A DNA stretch of 64,000 nt from Eledone cirrhosa (GCA_964016885.1 OZ024741.1:37014001-37078000); one strand, 5' to 3'; shown: positions 12,223 through 25,678, counted from the stretch's first letter. Notes: a model not told the origin generated them from the letters alone. Program-made: numbers and translations.

Positions 12223-15200
12223 AGTCTTGGTGGTGTTGTTGTGGTGGTAGTAGTGTTAGTTGTTCTTAGTAGTCTTGGTGGTGTTGTTGTGGTGGTAGTA
12301 GTGGTAGTTGTTCTTACTAGTCTTGGTGGTGTTGTTGTGGTGGTAGTAGTGGTAGTTGTTCTTAGTAGTCTTGGTGGTGTTTTGTGGTGGTAGTAGTGGT
12401 GGTTGTTCGTAGTAGTCTTGGTGGTGTTGTTGTGGTGGTAGTAGTGATGGTTGTTCTTAGTAGTCTTGGTGGTGTTTTGTGGTGGTAGTAGTGGTAGTTG
12501 TTCTTAGTAGTCTTGGTGGTGTTGTTGTGGTGGTAGTAGTGGTAGTTGTTCTTACTAGTCTTGGTGGTGTTGTTGTGGTGGTAGTAGTGGTAGTTGTTCT
12601 TAGTAGTCTTGGTGGTGTTGTTGTGGTGTAGTAGTGGTAATTGTTCTTAGTAGTCTTGGTGGTGTTGTTGTGGTGGTAGTAGTGTTAGTTGTTCTTAGTA
12701 GTGTTGGTGGTGTTGTTGTGGTGGTAGTAGTGGTAATTGTTCTTAGTAGTCTTGGTGGTGTTGTTGTGGTGGTAGTAGTGTTAGTTGTTCTTAGTAGTCT
12801 TGGTGGTGTTGTTGTGGTGGTAGTAGTGTTAGTTGTTCTTAGTAGTCTTGGTGGTGGTGTTGTGGTGGTAGTAGTGTTAGTTGTTCTTAGTAGTGTTGGT
12901 GGTGTTGTTGTGGTGGTAGTAGTGGTAATTGTTCTTAGTAGTCTTGGTGTTGTTGTTGTAGATGTGGTGGTAGTAGTGGTAGTTGTTCTTCGTAGTCTTG
13001 GTGGTGGTGTTGTGGTGGTAGTAGTGGTGGTTGTTCTTAGTACTCTTGGTGGTGTTGTTGTTGTGGTGGTAGTAGTGGTAGTTGTTCTTAGCAGTCTTGG
13101 TGGTGTTGTTGTGGTGGTAGTAGTGGTAGTTGTTCTTAGTAGTCTTAGTGGTGTTGTTGTGGTGGTAGTAGTGGTAGTTGTTCTTAGTAGTCTTGGTGGT
13201 GTTGTTGTGGTGGTAGTAGTGGTATTTGTTCTTGGTAGTCTTGGTGGTGTTGTTGTGGTGGTAGTAGTGGTAGTTGTTCTTAGTAGTCTTGGTGGTGTTG
13301 TTGTGGTGGTAGTAGTGGTAGTTGTTCTTAGTAGTCTTGGTGGTGTTGTTGTGGTGGTAGTAGTGTTAGTTGTTCTTAGTAGTCTTGGTGGTGTTGTTGT
13401 GGTGGTAGTAGTTGGTGTTGTTCTTAGTAGTCTTGGTGGTGTTGTTGTGGTGGTAGTAGTGGTAGTTGTTCTTAGTAGTCTTGGTGGTGTTGTTGTGGTG
13501 GTAGTAGTGGTGGTTGTTCGTAGTAGTCTTGGTGGTGTTGTTGTGGTGGTAGTAGTGAAGGTTGTTCTTAGTAGTCTTGGTGGTGTTTTGTGGTGGTAGT
13601 AGTGGTAGTTGTTCTTAGTAGTCTTGGTGGTGTTGTTGTGGTGGTAGTAGTGGTAGTTGTTCTTACTAGTCTTGGTGGTGTTGTTGTGGTGGTAGTAGTG
13701 GTAGTTGTTCTTAGTAGTCTTGGTGGTGTTGTTGTGGTGGTAGTAGTGGTAGTTTTTCTTACTAGTCTTGGTGGTGTTGTTGTGGTGGTTGTAGTGTTAG
13801 TTGTTCTTAGTAGTCTTGGTGGTGTTGTGGTGGTGGTAGTAGTGGTAGTTGTTCTTGGTAGTCTTGGTGGTGTTGTTGTGGTGGTAGTAGTGGCAGTTGT
13901 TCTTACTAGTCGTGGTGGTGTTGTTGTGGTGGTTGTAGTGTTAGTTGTTCTTAGTAGTCGTAGTGGTGTTGTTGTGGTGGTAGTAGTGGTAGTTGTTCGT
14001 AGTAGTCTTGGTGGTGTTGTTGTGGAGGTAGTAGTGGTGGTTGTTCTTAGTAGTCTTGGTGGTGGTGTTGTGGTGGTAGTTATGGTAATTGTTCTTAGTA
14101 GTCCTGGTGGTGTTGTTGTGGTGGTAGTAGTGGTAGTTTTTCTTGGTAGTCTTGGTGGTGTTGTTGTGGTGGTAGTAGTGGTAGTTGTTCTTAGTAGTCT
14201 TGGTGGTGTTGTTGTGGTGGTAGTAGTGGTAATTGTTCTTAGTAGTCTTGGTGGTGTTGTTGTGGTGGTAGTAGTGTTAGTTGTTCTTAGTAGTGTTGGT
14301 GGTGTTGTTGTGGTGGTAGTAGTGGTAATTGTTCTTAGTAGTCTTGGTGGTGTTGTTGTGGTGGTAGTAGTGTTAGTTGTTCTTAGTAGTCTTGGTGGTG
14401 TTGTTGTGGTGGTAGTAGTGTTAGTTGTTCTTAGTAGTCTTGGTGGTGGTGTTGTGGTGGTAGTAGTGACAGTTGTTCTTAGTAGTGTTGGTGGTGTTGT
14501 TGTGGTGGTAGTAGTGGTAATTGTTCTTAGTAGTCTTGGTGTTGTTGTTGTAGATGTGGTGGTAGTAGTGGTAGTTGTTCTTCGTAGTCTTGGTGGTGGT
14601 GTTGTGGTGGTAGTAGTGGTGGTTGTTCTTAGTACTCTTGGTGGTGTTGTTGTTGTGGTGGTAGTAGTGGTAGTTGTTCTTAGCAGTCTTGGTGGTGTTG
14701 TTGTGGTGGTAGTAGTGGTAGTTGTTCTTAGTAGTCTTAGTGGTGTTGTTGTGGTGGTAGTAGTGGTAGTTGTTCTTGGTAGTCTTGGTGGTGTTGTTGT
14801 GGTGGTAGTAGTGGTAGTTGTTCTTAGTAGTCTTGGTGGTGTTGTTGTGGTGGTAGTAGTGGTAGTTGTTCTTAGTAGTCTTGGTGGTGTTGTTGTGGTG
14901 GTAGTAGTGTTAGTTGTTCTTAGTAGTCTTGGTGGTGTTGTTGTGGTGGTAGTAGTTGGTGTTGTTCTTAGTAGTCTTGGTGGTGTTGTTGTGGTGGTAG
15001 TAGTGGTAGTTGTTCTTAGTAGTCTTGGTGGTGTTGTTGTGGTGGTAGTAGTGGTGGTTGTTCGTAGTAGTCTTGGTGGTGTTGTTGTGGTGGTAGTAGT
15101 GATGGTTGTTCTTAGTAGTCTTGGTGGTGTTTTGTGGTGGTAGTAGTGGTAGTTGTTCTTAGTAGTCTTGGTGGTGTTGTTGTGGTGGTAGTAGTGGTAG

Positions 15201-18200
15201 TTGTTCTTACTAGTCTTGGTGGTGTTGTTGTGGTGGTAGTAGTGGTAGTTGTTCTTAGTAGTCTTGGTGGTGTTGTTGTGGTGGTAGTAGTGGTAGTTTT
15301 TCTTACTAGTCTTGGTGGTGTTGTTGTGGTGGTTGTAGTGTTAGTTGTTCTTAGTAGTCTTGGTGGTGTTGTGGTGGTGGTAGTAGTGGTAGTTGTTCTT
15401 GGTAGTCTTGGTGGTGTTGTTGTGGTGGTAGTAGTGGCAGTTGTTCTTACTAGTCGTGGTGGTGTTGTTGTGGTGGTTGTAGTGTTAGTTGTTCTTAGTA
15501 GTCGTAGTGGTGTTGTTGTGGTGGTAGTAGTGGTAGTTGTTCGTAGTAGTCTTGGTGGTGTTGTTGTGGAGGTAGTAGTGGTGGTTGTTCTTAGTAGTCT
15601 TGGTGGTGGTGTTGTGGTGGTAGTTATGGTAATTGTTCTTAGTAGTCCTGGTGGTGTTGTTGTGGTGGTAGTAGTGGTAGTTTTTCTTGGTAGTCTTGGT
15701 GGTGTTGTTGTGGTGGTAGTAGTGGTAGTTGTTCTTAGTAGTCTTGGTGGTGTTGTTGTGGTGGTAGTAGTGGTAATTGTTCTTAGTAGTCTTGGTGGTG
15801 TTGTTGTGGTGGTAGTAGTGTTAGTTGTTCTTAGTAGTGTTGGTGGTGTTGTTGTGGTGGTAGTAGTGGTAATTGTTCTTAGTAGTCTTGGTGGTGTTGT
15901 TGTGGTGGTAGTAGTGTTAGTTGTTCTTAGTAGTCTTGGTGGTGTTGTTGTGGTGGTAGTAGTGTTAGTTGTTCTTAGTAGTCTTGGTGGTGGTGTTGTG
16001 GTGGTAGTAGTGACAGTTGTTCTTAGTAGTGTTGGTGGTGTTGTTGTGGTGGTAGTAGTGGTAATTGTTCTTAGTAGTCTTGGTGTTGTTGTTGTAGATG
16101 TGGTGGTAGTAGTGGTAGTTGTTCTTCGTAGTCTTGGTGGTGGTGTTGTGGTGGTAGTAGTGGTGGTTGTTCTTAGTACTCTTGGTGGTGTTGTTGTTGT
16201 GGTGGTAGTAGTGGTAGTTGTTCTTAGCAGTCTTGGTGGTGTTGTTGTGGTGGTAGTAGTGGTAGTTGTTCTTAGTAGTCTTAGTGGTGTTGTTGTGGTG
16301 GTAGTAGTGGTAGTTGTTCTTAGTAGTCTTGGTGGTGTTGTTGTGGTGGTAGTAGTGGTATTTGTTCTTAGTAGTCTTGTTGGTGTTGTTGTGGTGGTAG
16401 TAGTGGTAGTTGTTCTTAGTTGTCTTGGTGTTGTTGTTGTAGATGTGGTGGTAGTAGTGGTAGTTGTTCTTAGTAGACTTGGTGGTGGTGTTGTGGTGGT
16501 AGTAGTGGTGGTTGTTCTTAGTACTCTTGGTGGTGTTGTTGTTGTGGTGGTAGTAGTGGTAGTTGTTCTTAGTAGTCTTGGTGGTGTTGTTGTGGTGGTA
16601 GTAGTGGTAGTTGTTCTTACTAGTCTTGGTGGTGTTGTTGTGGTGGTAGTAGTGGTAGTTGTTCTTAGTAGTCTTGGTGGTGTTGTTGTGGTGGTAGTAG
16701 TGGTAGTTGTTCTTACTAGTCTTGGTGGTGTTGTTGTGGTGGTTGTAGTGTTAGTTGTTCTTAGTAGTCTTGGTGGTGTTGTGGTGGTGGTAGTAGTGGT
16801 AGTTGTTCTTGGTAGTCTTGGTGGTGTTGTTGTGGTGGTAGTAGTGGCAGTTGTTCTTACTAGTCGTGGTGGTGTTGTTGTGGTGGTTGTAGTGTTAGTT
16901 GTTCTTAGTAGTCGTAGTGGTGTTGTTGTGGTGGTAGTAGTGGTAGTTGTTCTTAGTAGTCTTGGTGGTGTTGTTGTGGAGGTAGTAGTGGTGGTTGTTC
17001 TTAGTAGTCTTGGTGGTGGTGTTGTGGTGGTAGTTATGGTAATTGTTCTTAGTGGTCCTGGTGGTGTTGTTGTGGTGGTAGTAGTGGTAGTTTTTCTTGG
17101 TAGTCTTGGTGGTGTTGTTGTGGTGGTAGTAGTGGTAGTTGTTCTTAGTAGTCTTGGTGGTGTTGTTGTGGTGGTAGTAGTGGTAGTTGTTCTTAGTAGT
17201 CTTGGTGGTGTTGTTGTGGTGGTAGTAGTGTTAGTTGTTCTTAGTAGTCTTGGTGGTGTTGTTGTGGTGGTAGTAGTTGGTGTTGTTCTTATTAGTCTTG
17301 GTGGTGTTGTTGTGGTGGTAGTAGTGGTAGTTGTTCTTAGTAGTCTTGGTGGTGTTGTTGTGGTGGTAGTAGTGGTGGTTGTTCGTAGTAGTCTTGGTGG
17401 TGTTGTTGTGGTGGTAGTAGTGATGGTTGTTCTTAGTAGTCTTGGTGGTGTTTTGTGGTGGTAGTAGTGGTAGTTGTTCTTAGTAGTCTTGGTGGTGTTG
17501 TTGTGGTGGTAGTAGTGGTAGTTGTTCTTACTAGTCTTGGTGGTGTTGTTGTGGTGGTAGTAGTGGTAGTTGTTCTTAGTAGTCTTGGTGGTGTTGTTGT
17601 GGTGGTAGTAGTGGTAGTTGTTCTTACTAGTCTTGGTGGTGTTGTTTTGGTGGTTGTAGTGTTAGTTGTTCTTAGTAGTCTTGGTGGTGTTGTGGTGGTG
17701 GTAGTAGTGGTAGTTGTTCTTGGTAGTCTTGGTGGTGTTGTTGTGGTGGTAGTAGTGGCAATTGTTCTTACTAGTCGTGGTGGTGTTGTTGTGGTGGTTG
17801 TAGTGTTAGTTGTTCTTAGTAGTCGTAGTGGTGTTGTTGTGGTGGTAGTAGTGGTAGTTGTTCTTAATAGTCTTGGTGGTGTTTTGTGGTGGTAGTAGTG
17901 GTGGTTGTTCTTAGTAGTCTTGGTGGTGGTGTTGTGGTGGTAGTTATGGTAATTGTTCTTAGTAATCTTGGTGGTGTTGTTGTGGTGGTAGTAGTGTTAG
18001 TTGTTGTTAGTAGTCTTGGTGGTGTTGTTGTGGTGGTAGTAGTGGTAGTTGTTCTTAGTAGTCTTGGTGGTGTTTTGTGGTGGTAGTAGTGGTGGTTGTT
18101 CTTAGTAGTCTTGGTGATGTTGTTGTGGTGGTAGTAGTGGTAGTTGTTCTTAGTAGTCTTAGTGGTGCCGTTGTTGTTGTTGTGGTGGTAGTAGTGGTAG

Positions 18201-19974
18201 TTTTTCTTAGTTGTCCTGGTGGTGGTGTTGTGGTGGTAGTAGTGTTATTTGTTCTTAGTAGTCTTGGTGGTGGTGTTGTGGTGGTAGTAGTGGTAGTTGT
18301 TCTTAGTAGTCTTGGTGGTGGTGTTGTGGTGGTAGTAGTGGTGGTTGTTCTTAGTAGTCTTGGTGGTGTTGTTGTAGTTGTGGTGGTAGTAGTGGTAGTT
18401 GTTCTTAGTAGTCCCGGTGGTGTTGTTGTAGTTGTTGTGGTTGTAGTAGTGGTTGTTGTTCTTAGTAGTCTTGGTGGTGGTGTTTTTGTTGTTGTGGTGG
18501 TAGTAGTTTTAGTTGTTCTTAGTAGTCTTGGTGGTGTTGTTGTGGTGGTAGTAGTTTTAGTTGTTCTTAGTAGTCTTGGTGGTGTTGTTGTGGTGGTAGT
18601 AGTGTTAGTTGTTCTTAGTAGTCTTGGTGGTGTTGTTGTGGTGGTAGTAGTGGTAGTTGTTCTTAGTAGTCTTGGTGGTGTTGTTGTGATGGTAGTAGTG
18701 GTAATTGTTCTTAGTAGTCTTGGTGGTGTTGTTGTGGTGGTAGTAGTGTTAGTTGTTCTTAGTAGTGTTGGTGGTGTTGTTGTGGTGGTAGTAGTGGTAA
18801 TTGTTCTTAGTAGTCTTGGTGGTGTTGTTGTGGTGGTAGTAGTGTTAGTTGTTCTTAGTAGTCTTGGTGGTGTTGTTGTGGTGGTAGTAGTGTTAGTTGT
18901 TCTTAGTAGTCTTGGTGGTGGTGTTGTGGTGGTAGTAGTGTTAGTTGTTCTTAGTAGTGTTGGTGGTGTTGTTGTGGTGGTAGTAGTGGTAATTGTTCTT
19001 AGTAGTCTTGGTGTTGTTGTTGTAGATGTGGTGGTAGTAGTGGTAGTTGTTCTTCGTAGTCTTGGTGGTGGTGTTGTGGTGGTAGTAGTGGTGGTTGTTC
19101 TTAGTACTCTTGGTGGTGTTGTTGTTGTGGTGGTAGTAGTGGTAGTTGTTCTTAGCAATCTTGGTGGTGTTGTTGTGGTGGTAGTAGTGGTAGTTGTTCT
19201 TAGTAGTCTTGGTGGTGTTGTTGTGGTGGTAGTAGTGGTAGTTGTTCTTAGTAGTCTTGGTGGTGTTGTTGTGGTGGTAGTAGTGGTATTTGTTCTTAGT
19301 AGTCTTGTTGGTGTTGTTGTGGTGGTAGTAGTGGTAGTTGTTCTTAGTTGTTTTGGTGTTGTTGTTGTAGATGTGGTGGTAGTAGTGGTAGTTGTTCTTA
19401 GTAGTCTTGGTGGTGGTGTTGTGGTGGTAGTAGTGGTGGTTGTTCTTAGTACTCTTGGTGGTGTTGTTGTTGTGGTGGTAGTAGTGGTAGTTGTTCTTAG
19501 CAGTCTTGGTGGTGTTGTTGTGGTGGTAGTACTGGTAGTTGTTCTTAGTAGTCTTGGTGGTGTTGTTGTGGTGGTTGTAGTCGTAGTTGTTCTTAGTAGT
19601 CTTGGTGGTGTTGTTGTGGTGGTAGTAGTGGTAGTTGTTCTTAGTAGTCTTGGTGGTGTTGTTGTGGTGGTAGTAGTGGTAGTTGTTCTTAGTAGTCTTG
19701 GTTGTTGTTCTTAGTATGAGGTACTCAATCTACTCCTCTCTCTTTACACGTGACAGAATCGCAGAAATTTATATATAGATAATCAAGAATTAGGAGAGAT
19801 TTAAAAAAAATAACCTTATCATTTTAAAGTTGATTTTTGGACCATATTTTAACAAAGGTTCTTATATATATTTATGATGGGAGGTTTTCAGATAGATATA
19901 AACATGTTGAAATAAACAGTTTTGTATTGTGGAACCAGGGGTGGTTTCAAGTCGTTTGATATCAAAAGATTTAA

Positions 19975-20194
19975 CCCTTTAGTATTCACATTAATCTATA
20001 TATACTATTATATTTTCATGGTAAATGCTTTATCTCACATAATTATCTCACTTAATATCGAATCTATGCTATTTTGAAAGTATTTATTTTGAGAACAATA
20101 CCTTAACATCAGTTTGAACAACCAGTTACAGCCAGTTTCAACAGAAAGAGGTAGAGAATTCTGGCCGGTTTTGGCCGGTTTGAACATTAAAGGG
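19975..20194. mobile_element. piggyBac-type MITE, ~220 bp (copy 1)
   Basis: TTAA|CCCTTTAGTATTCA ... TGAACATTAAAGGG|TTAA: TTAA target duplication and CCC termini. Internal sequence is homologous to 23923-24143 (opposite orientation) and 36369-36589. Confidence 0.85.
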
Positions 20195-20409
20195 TTAAGG
20201 AAATTTCAAGGGCTTCTACTGTCAGAAACATTGTTTCTTTTGTTTTGTTTTTACCATCTTTGATAGAAATAAACACATAAAAAGGTGAAGTTTTTACCTG
20301 TTCGTTATTTTATTTTCCTAATTTCCCAAATTTCAAAAGTAATATTTGGTTTTGAAATGTTCACTTGAATAAAGAAATGAAGAAATTTGATAACATTGTT
20401 GTTAGTAGG

Positions 20410-21116
20410 GGTTAGGGGTGAGTGAGGGGTGGTATGGTGATGATGATCTGTGTGATGATGATGATGATAGTGGTGATGGTGGTGATGATGGTGGTGATGA
20501 TGATAGTGGTGATGGTGATATGGTGATGATGATCAGTGTGATGATGATAGTGGTGATGGTGGTGATGATGATGAAAGTGATGATGATGATGATAGTGTTG
20601 ATGGTGGCCATGATGATGATGGAGGTGATGGTGATATGGTGATGATAGTGGTATGATGATGGTGGTGATGGAGGAATGGTGATGATGTGTCTGATGGTGA
20701 TGATGATGATCAGGGTTGTTGTGATGGTGGTATGGTGATGATGATGATGGTGGTGATAGTGGCATGGTGAAGATGATGAGAATGATGACAAGGTTGAGGA
20801 TGGTGGTGGTGGTGGTGGTGGTGGTGGTGGTGATGGTGAGAATGATGACAAGGATGATGGTGGTGGTGGTGGTGGTGGTGGTGATGGTGAGAATGATGAC
20901 AATGATGATGGTGGTGGTGGTGGTGGTGGTGATGGTGAGAATGATGACAATGATGATGGTGGTGGTGGTGGTGGTGGTGATGGTGAGAATGATGACAATG
21001 ATGATGATGGTGGTGGTGGTGATAATGGGGGCGGGGGTGTTATGGTGATGAGAATGATGATAGTGGTGGTTGTAGTGATGTCAATGATGATGATGATGGT
21101 GGTGGTGATGGTGATA
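20410..21116. repeat. (GAT/GGT)n low-complexity tract with an internal 48-51-bp sub-repeat
   Basis: Trinucleotide tract; GATGGTGAGAATGATGAC recurs at 20832, 20883, 20931 and 20979. Confidence 0.9.
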
Positions 21117-21466
21117 TATTTGTTTTTGCTGCTACACAATAAAAAGATGTGTTGGAGTTCAAAATTGCTGTAAAAGATGGGACTGGGGTGGCTGGGCTTG
21201 AACCAAAACATGTTTAAATTTAAAAAAAAAGGTATGAGAGGAAACAACTGTAAATACATGGTTGACAGAGGCAGGAGGAGATTAACTGAAGCAAATCTTG
21301 TTACTATGGTTACCTGTCTCCTTCAAAATATACAACAACAAAAATAACAAAAATAACAATAATTACAACAAAAAAAAACAACCACAAAAATTACAACAAA
21401 AATATATATCAACCATAAAAACTGCCATCAAAAAAACAAATGAAGAGGCAAAGATGATGAGATAAA

Positions 21467-22320
21467 ATGGTGGTGGTGGTTGTGGTGGTGGTGGTGGTGG
21501 TGGTAGTGGTGGTTGTGGTGGTAGTGGTGGTGGTGGTGGTGGTTGTGGTGGTAGTGGTGGTGGCGGCGGTGGTGGTTGTGGTGGTGGTGGTGGTGGTGGT
21601 GGTGGTGGTAGTGGTGGTTGTGGTGGTAGTGGTGGTGGTGGTGGTGGTGGTGGTGGTGGTGGTGGTTGTGGTGGTGATAGTGGTGATAGTGGTGGTGGTA
21701 GTGGTGGTAGTGGTGGTGGTGGTGATAGTGGTGGTGGTAGTGGTGGTGGTGATAGTGGTGGTGGTAGTGGTGGTTGTGGTGGTGGTGCTGGTGCTGGTGG
21801 TGATAGTGGTGGTGGTAGTGGTGGTGGTGGTGGTGGTGGTGGTGGTGGTGGTAGTGTGGTGGTGGTGTGGTGGTGGTGGTGGTGGTGGTGGTTGTGGTGG
21901 TGGTGGTGGTGGTGGTGGTAGTGGTGGTGGTGATAGTGGTGGTGGTAGTGGTGGTGGTGATAGTGGTGGTGGTAGTGGTGGTTGTGGTGGTGGTGCTGGT
22001 GCTGGTGGTGATAGTGGTGGTGGTAGTGGTGGTGGTGGTGGTGGTGGTGGTGGTGGTGGTGGTGGTAGTGTGGTGGTGGTGTGGTGGTGGTGGTGGTGGT
22101 TGTGGTGGTGGTGGTGGTGGTGGTGGTGGTGTTGGTGGTGGTGGTGGTGGTAGTGGATGTAGTGGTGGTGGCTGCAGTGGTGGTGGTGGCAGTGATGTTG
22201 GTTGTTGTGGTGGCAGCAGTGGTGGTGTCAGTGATGGTGCTGGTGGTTCATTCTGTTGCAGATGATGATGATGAATGACAATGATGATGACAATGATGAT
22301 GATGATGACAATGAAGATGA
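21467..22320. repeat. (GGT)n microsatellite grading into (GAT)n
   Basis: Direct reading; the GGTGCTGGTGCTGG landmark repeats 208 bp apart (21784, 21992). Confidence 0.93.
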
Positions 22321-22481
22321 TATTACAATAGTAATACAACATTTCTGATAAAAATGATATCTTTTCAGATAATGGAAATTATGACTTTGAACCACATCAT
22401 CATCATCATCATCATCATCATCATACTCACCATCATACTCATATTTTCTTCTCTTGCCTGAATGAGAAAGTTTGGCAGAAA

Positions 22482-22647
22482 CAGTGCTGGATTTACCATT
22501 GTGCTTAGGTGTGCTTAAGTCCAGGGCCCCATTGGCCAAGTGGGCCCATCTTCCTGCCAAATAAATTTTTTATCTCCTTTTGGACCCAAGTAAAGTGCCT
22601 CATAACTTAAATAGAACAGGGTCTCATTTCTCCTAAATCTGGAACTG
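22482..22647. mobile_element. hAT-type MITE, 166 bp
   Basis: Imperfect TIRs CAGTGCTGGATTTA / TAAATCTGGAACTG; 8-bp flanks GGCAGAAA / GGCACAAA (7/8 match) are consistent with a hAT TSD. Confidence 0.7.
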
Positions 22648-22974
22648 GGCACAAAAGCACTTATTTAATGAATATAATCATGTAAATAAGACTGTTATTG
22701 CTCCAATCAGTCCACCACTCAGTAAACACCCTAAACCGAATGCCAGCCTGTACTCATGACTCCTACCAAACCAAACCACACTCACCCTCCAAATTTGTCA
22801 AACCAAAAACACCTTTCTCTTTTTCTCAATATGTTTCATATCAAGGTTTTTTTTATTTCCTGAGAGAATGCGTGCAAAATGATAAGTTTTTGCATGAGTT
22901 CGAAACATTTTCTCTCAACAAAACATTCATGCATGTGTGAAAGTTGTTTTTGTTTGTTGTTATTAAATGTGTTG

Positions 22975-23168
22975 ATGGCGGTGGATTGGCAGTATCGGTA
23001 GAGGGTCAGACGCCATGCTTTGATGCATAGAGTTACGTCCCTTGCCATTCTGAGTTCAAATCCCGCCGAGGATAACTTTGCCTTTCATCCTTACGGAGTC
23101 GATAAAATAAAGTACCAGTAATGCACTGGGTAATTGCTGGCCTTGTGCCAAAAGTAGAAACAGTTATT
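22975..23168 (+). mobile_element. tRNA-derived SINE family A (Deu/Nin-like core)
   Basis: A-box-like TGGCAGTATCGG, B-box GAGTTCAAATCC, core GCCTTTCATCC...GTCGATAAAATAAAGTACCAG; several homologues in the window. Confidence 0.85.
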
Positions 23169-23922
23169 AAATGTGTTGTATACAGAGTTATTTTTCTTTT
23201 GAGAAATATGCTTTTCTATTCCCTGCAGTTGAAAAATTTGTTCTCAAAGAAATTTTAGGTTTTGTTTTGTTCTATTTGGAGGTAATTAACTCTTAACATT
23301 CCCCCTACTCGGCAAGTGAATGAGATCTGGGATCTTGTCGATCAATCAGAGCGAACTCTTAACACCCTGTATTGATTTAGCAGAAAATATTTAAAAGTGT
23401 GTTTGGAAATTCACATGTTTACAGTGTCTTTGAAAATTTGAAATTTTAGAGTAAACAGTTTAATTTTTAATGTGATACAGTCACAGTGCTATTTTGTACT
23501 TGCTAAAAATGTCTTGGTGATGTGGTTTCAGGTGGTACAGGACGTCAATTGTTAATGAAAAGTTGGATTCTAGATGGAGATTTGCCATTATGAAGGTTCT
23601 GGATGTGTGAGAAAAATGGTTTATTAAAATAATATAAAGACATTTCTGTGTGCATTCAGTTTAGAATAGGTACATTATATCCCAGTATGCCATAAGAGGT
23701 AACTAAAATGGTTGGTATCAGGAAGAGGATCTGGTTGAAAACATTGCCTAAAAAAGGAGCCCCCTGATTAATATGAAGTCTGTCATGGCCCCATAAATCT
23801 AACGTCTACTTTACCAACTAAAATGGTCTTAACTCTCTTGTTACTATATTTTTCATGACATATATAGTATTTCAGTTAAATGAAGAATTTGGCAGGAATT
23901 ATTCAAATTATTAATCATTTAA

Positions 23923-24143
23923 CCCTTTAGCATTTAAACCGGCTGTATTCAGCCAGAATTCTCTCACCTCTTTCTGTCCAAACCAACTGTAACTGGCTGC
24001 TCATACTTATGTTAAGGTATTGTTCTCAAAATAAATAATATCAAAATCTTATACATTTGATATTATATTAGATAATTATATGAGATAAAGCCTTTACCAT
24101 GAAAATACAATAGTATATATAGAGTAATGTAAATGCTAAAGGG
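23923..24143. mobile_element. piggyBac-type MITE, 221 bp (copy 2)
   Basis: Perfect 14-bp TIRs CCCTTTAGCATTTA / TAAATGCTAAAGGG with TTAA on both sides. Confidence 0.9.
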
Positions 24144-24663
24144 TTAAGAGAGTGTTGTAGTTTGCTTGAAGCATTGTGGAATATGAAAATTGATTATGTT
24201 TTGGAAGCTGCTACAATGCAGGTGGTGATGTAAATATTAAGACAAGAAACCCAGATGAAGAAACAGAGAGGTGAAGTTGAGTGGAGAAGAAGAAAAAAAA
24301 GACCCAGTGATAATGTGAGCCAGACAGAGGCATAGAAAGGTCCTCTCTAACATTCTCCGAGGTTACCTTTGTTCCCCCTCGATAATGGATGGTACATCCA
24401 AAATATTAGGGTAATAAATATTTCCAAGGTAACATTATCTTTGGTTCTTTACCTTGTTTTTTTCGAAAACATAACCAATATTATAGTATTTGTAACATAA
24501 CTTAACAAAAGCAACTAAATGATTTTCAAGTCACTTACCACTGCAATAATACACAAATAACAGAGTGGATCAGGTGATGCTAGACAAGCAGTATCTGAAA
24601 AAAAGATGGGATGGTCATGGGTGGAATGCCTTTTGGTTAAATGTTTGCCACATTAAATGCTAA

Positions 24664-24910
24664 ACAATATCACCACCACCACCACCACCACCACCAGTAC
24701 TGCTAACACCAATAACGCCACCACCACCACCACCAACAATATCAACATCATCAATAATTACAGCATTATCACTTCTCCCTCCCAACCACCACAACTATGA
24801 TCATCACCAACAACACCGTTACTAACAATACCACCACCAACAACAACAACAGCAACACCATTACTATCACCAACACCACCACCACCACCACCACCAACAT
24901 CACCACCACC

Positions 24911-24966
<56 letters not shown>

Positions 24967-25646
24967 AACCACCACCATACCACCACCACCAACACCACCA
25001 CCATCACCACCACCACCATACCACCACCACCACCACCACCACCACCAACACCACCACCAACACCACCACCACCACAACCACCACCACCACCACCACCACC
25101 ACCACCACCAACACCACCACCACCACCAACACCACCACCAACAACATCACCACCACCACCACCACCACCAACACCACCACCAACACCACCACCAACAACA
25201 TCACCACCACCAACACACCACCACCACCACCACCACCACCACCATCAACACCACCACCACCACCAACACCACCACCACCACCAACACCACCACCAACAAC
25301 ATCTCCACCACCACCACCACCACCACCAACACCACCACCACCACCACCACCACCACCACCACCACCACCACCACCACCATCAACACCACCACCAACACCA
25401 CCCAATTTCTCCTCAAAGCCAGAAAACTTCAACCCTTTGTTATCTCTTTTCAATTCCTGTCGCAAAGAAAGAGAAAAGTCTATTTTGGTCGGAACTAGAA
25501 ACAAAAAAATCAACAACAACAACAGCGACAACAATAACAACAACAACACCAACAACAACACCAACAACAACAGCAACAACACCACCAACAACAACAGCAA
25601 CAACAACAACAACAACAACAACACCACCACCAACAACAGTAACAAC

Positions 25647-25678
<32 letters not shown>

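Larger units (their letters stand above)
1..19716. repeat. 48-bp satellite/minisatellite array (~410 monomers), consensus CTTAGTAGTCTTGGTGGTGTTGTTGTGGTGGTAGTAGTGGTAGTTGTT
   Basis: Direct tandem periodicity of 48 bp (translates as LSSLGG+V10). Variants include 1-bp deletions and +3/+6/+9 insertions. The array starts before the window and ends at about 19716. Confidence 0.97.

Noticed and set aside
105-19714. Long poly-Val ORFs and the mucin-like PPRLLRT10 antisense frame
   Set aside because: They are a by-product of a 48-bp stop-free repeat. Recurrent 1-bp deletions shift the frame, orientation flips mid-array, and there is no signal peptide or unique domain.
20402-20420. Telomeric TTAGGG seed (also CCCTAACCC at about 46326)
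   Set aside because: Single motifs with no tandem array.
23288-23366. 11-bp direct repeat AACTCTTAACA flanking ~55 bp
   Set aside because: It could be a TSD, but the enclosed sequence has no recognisable element features.
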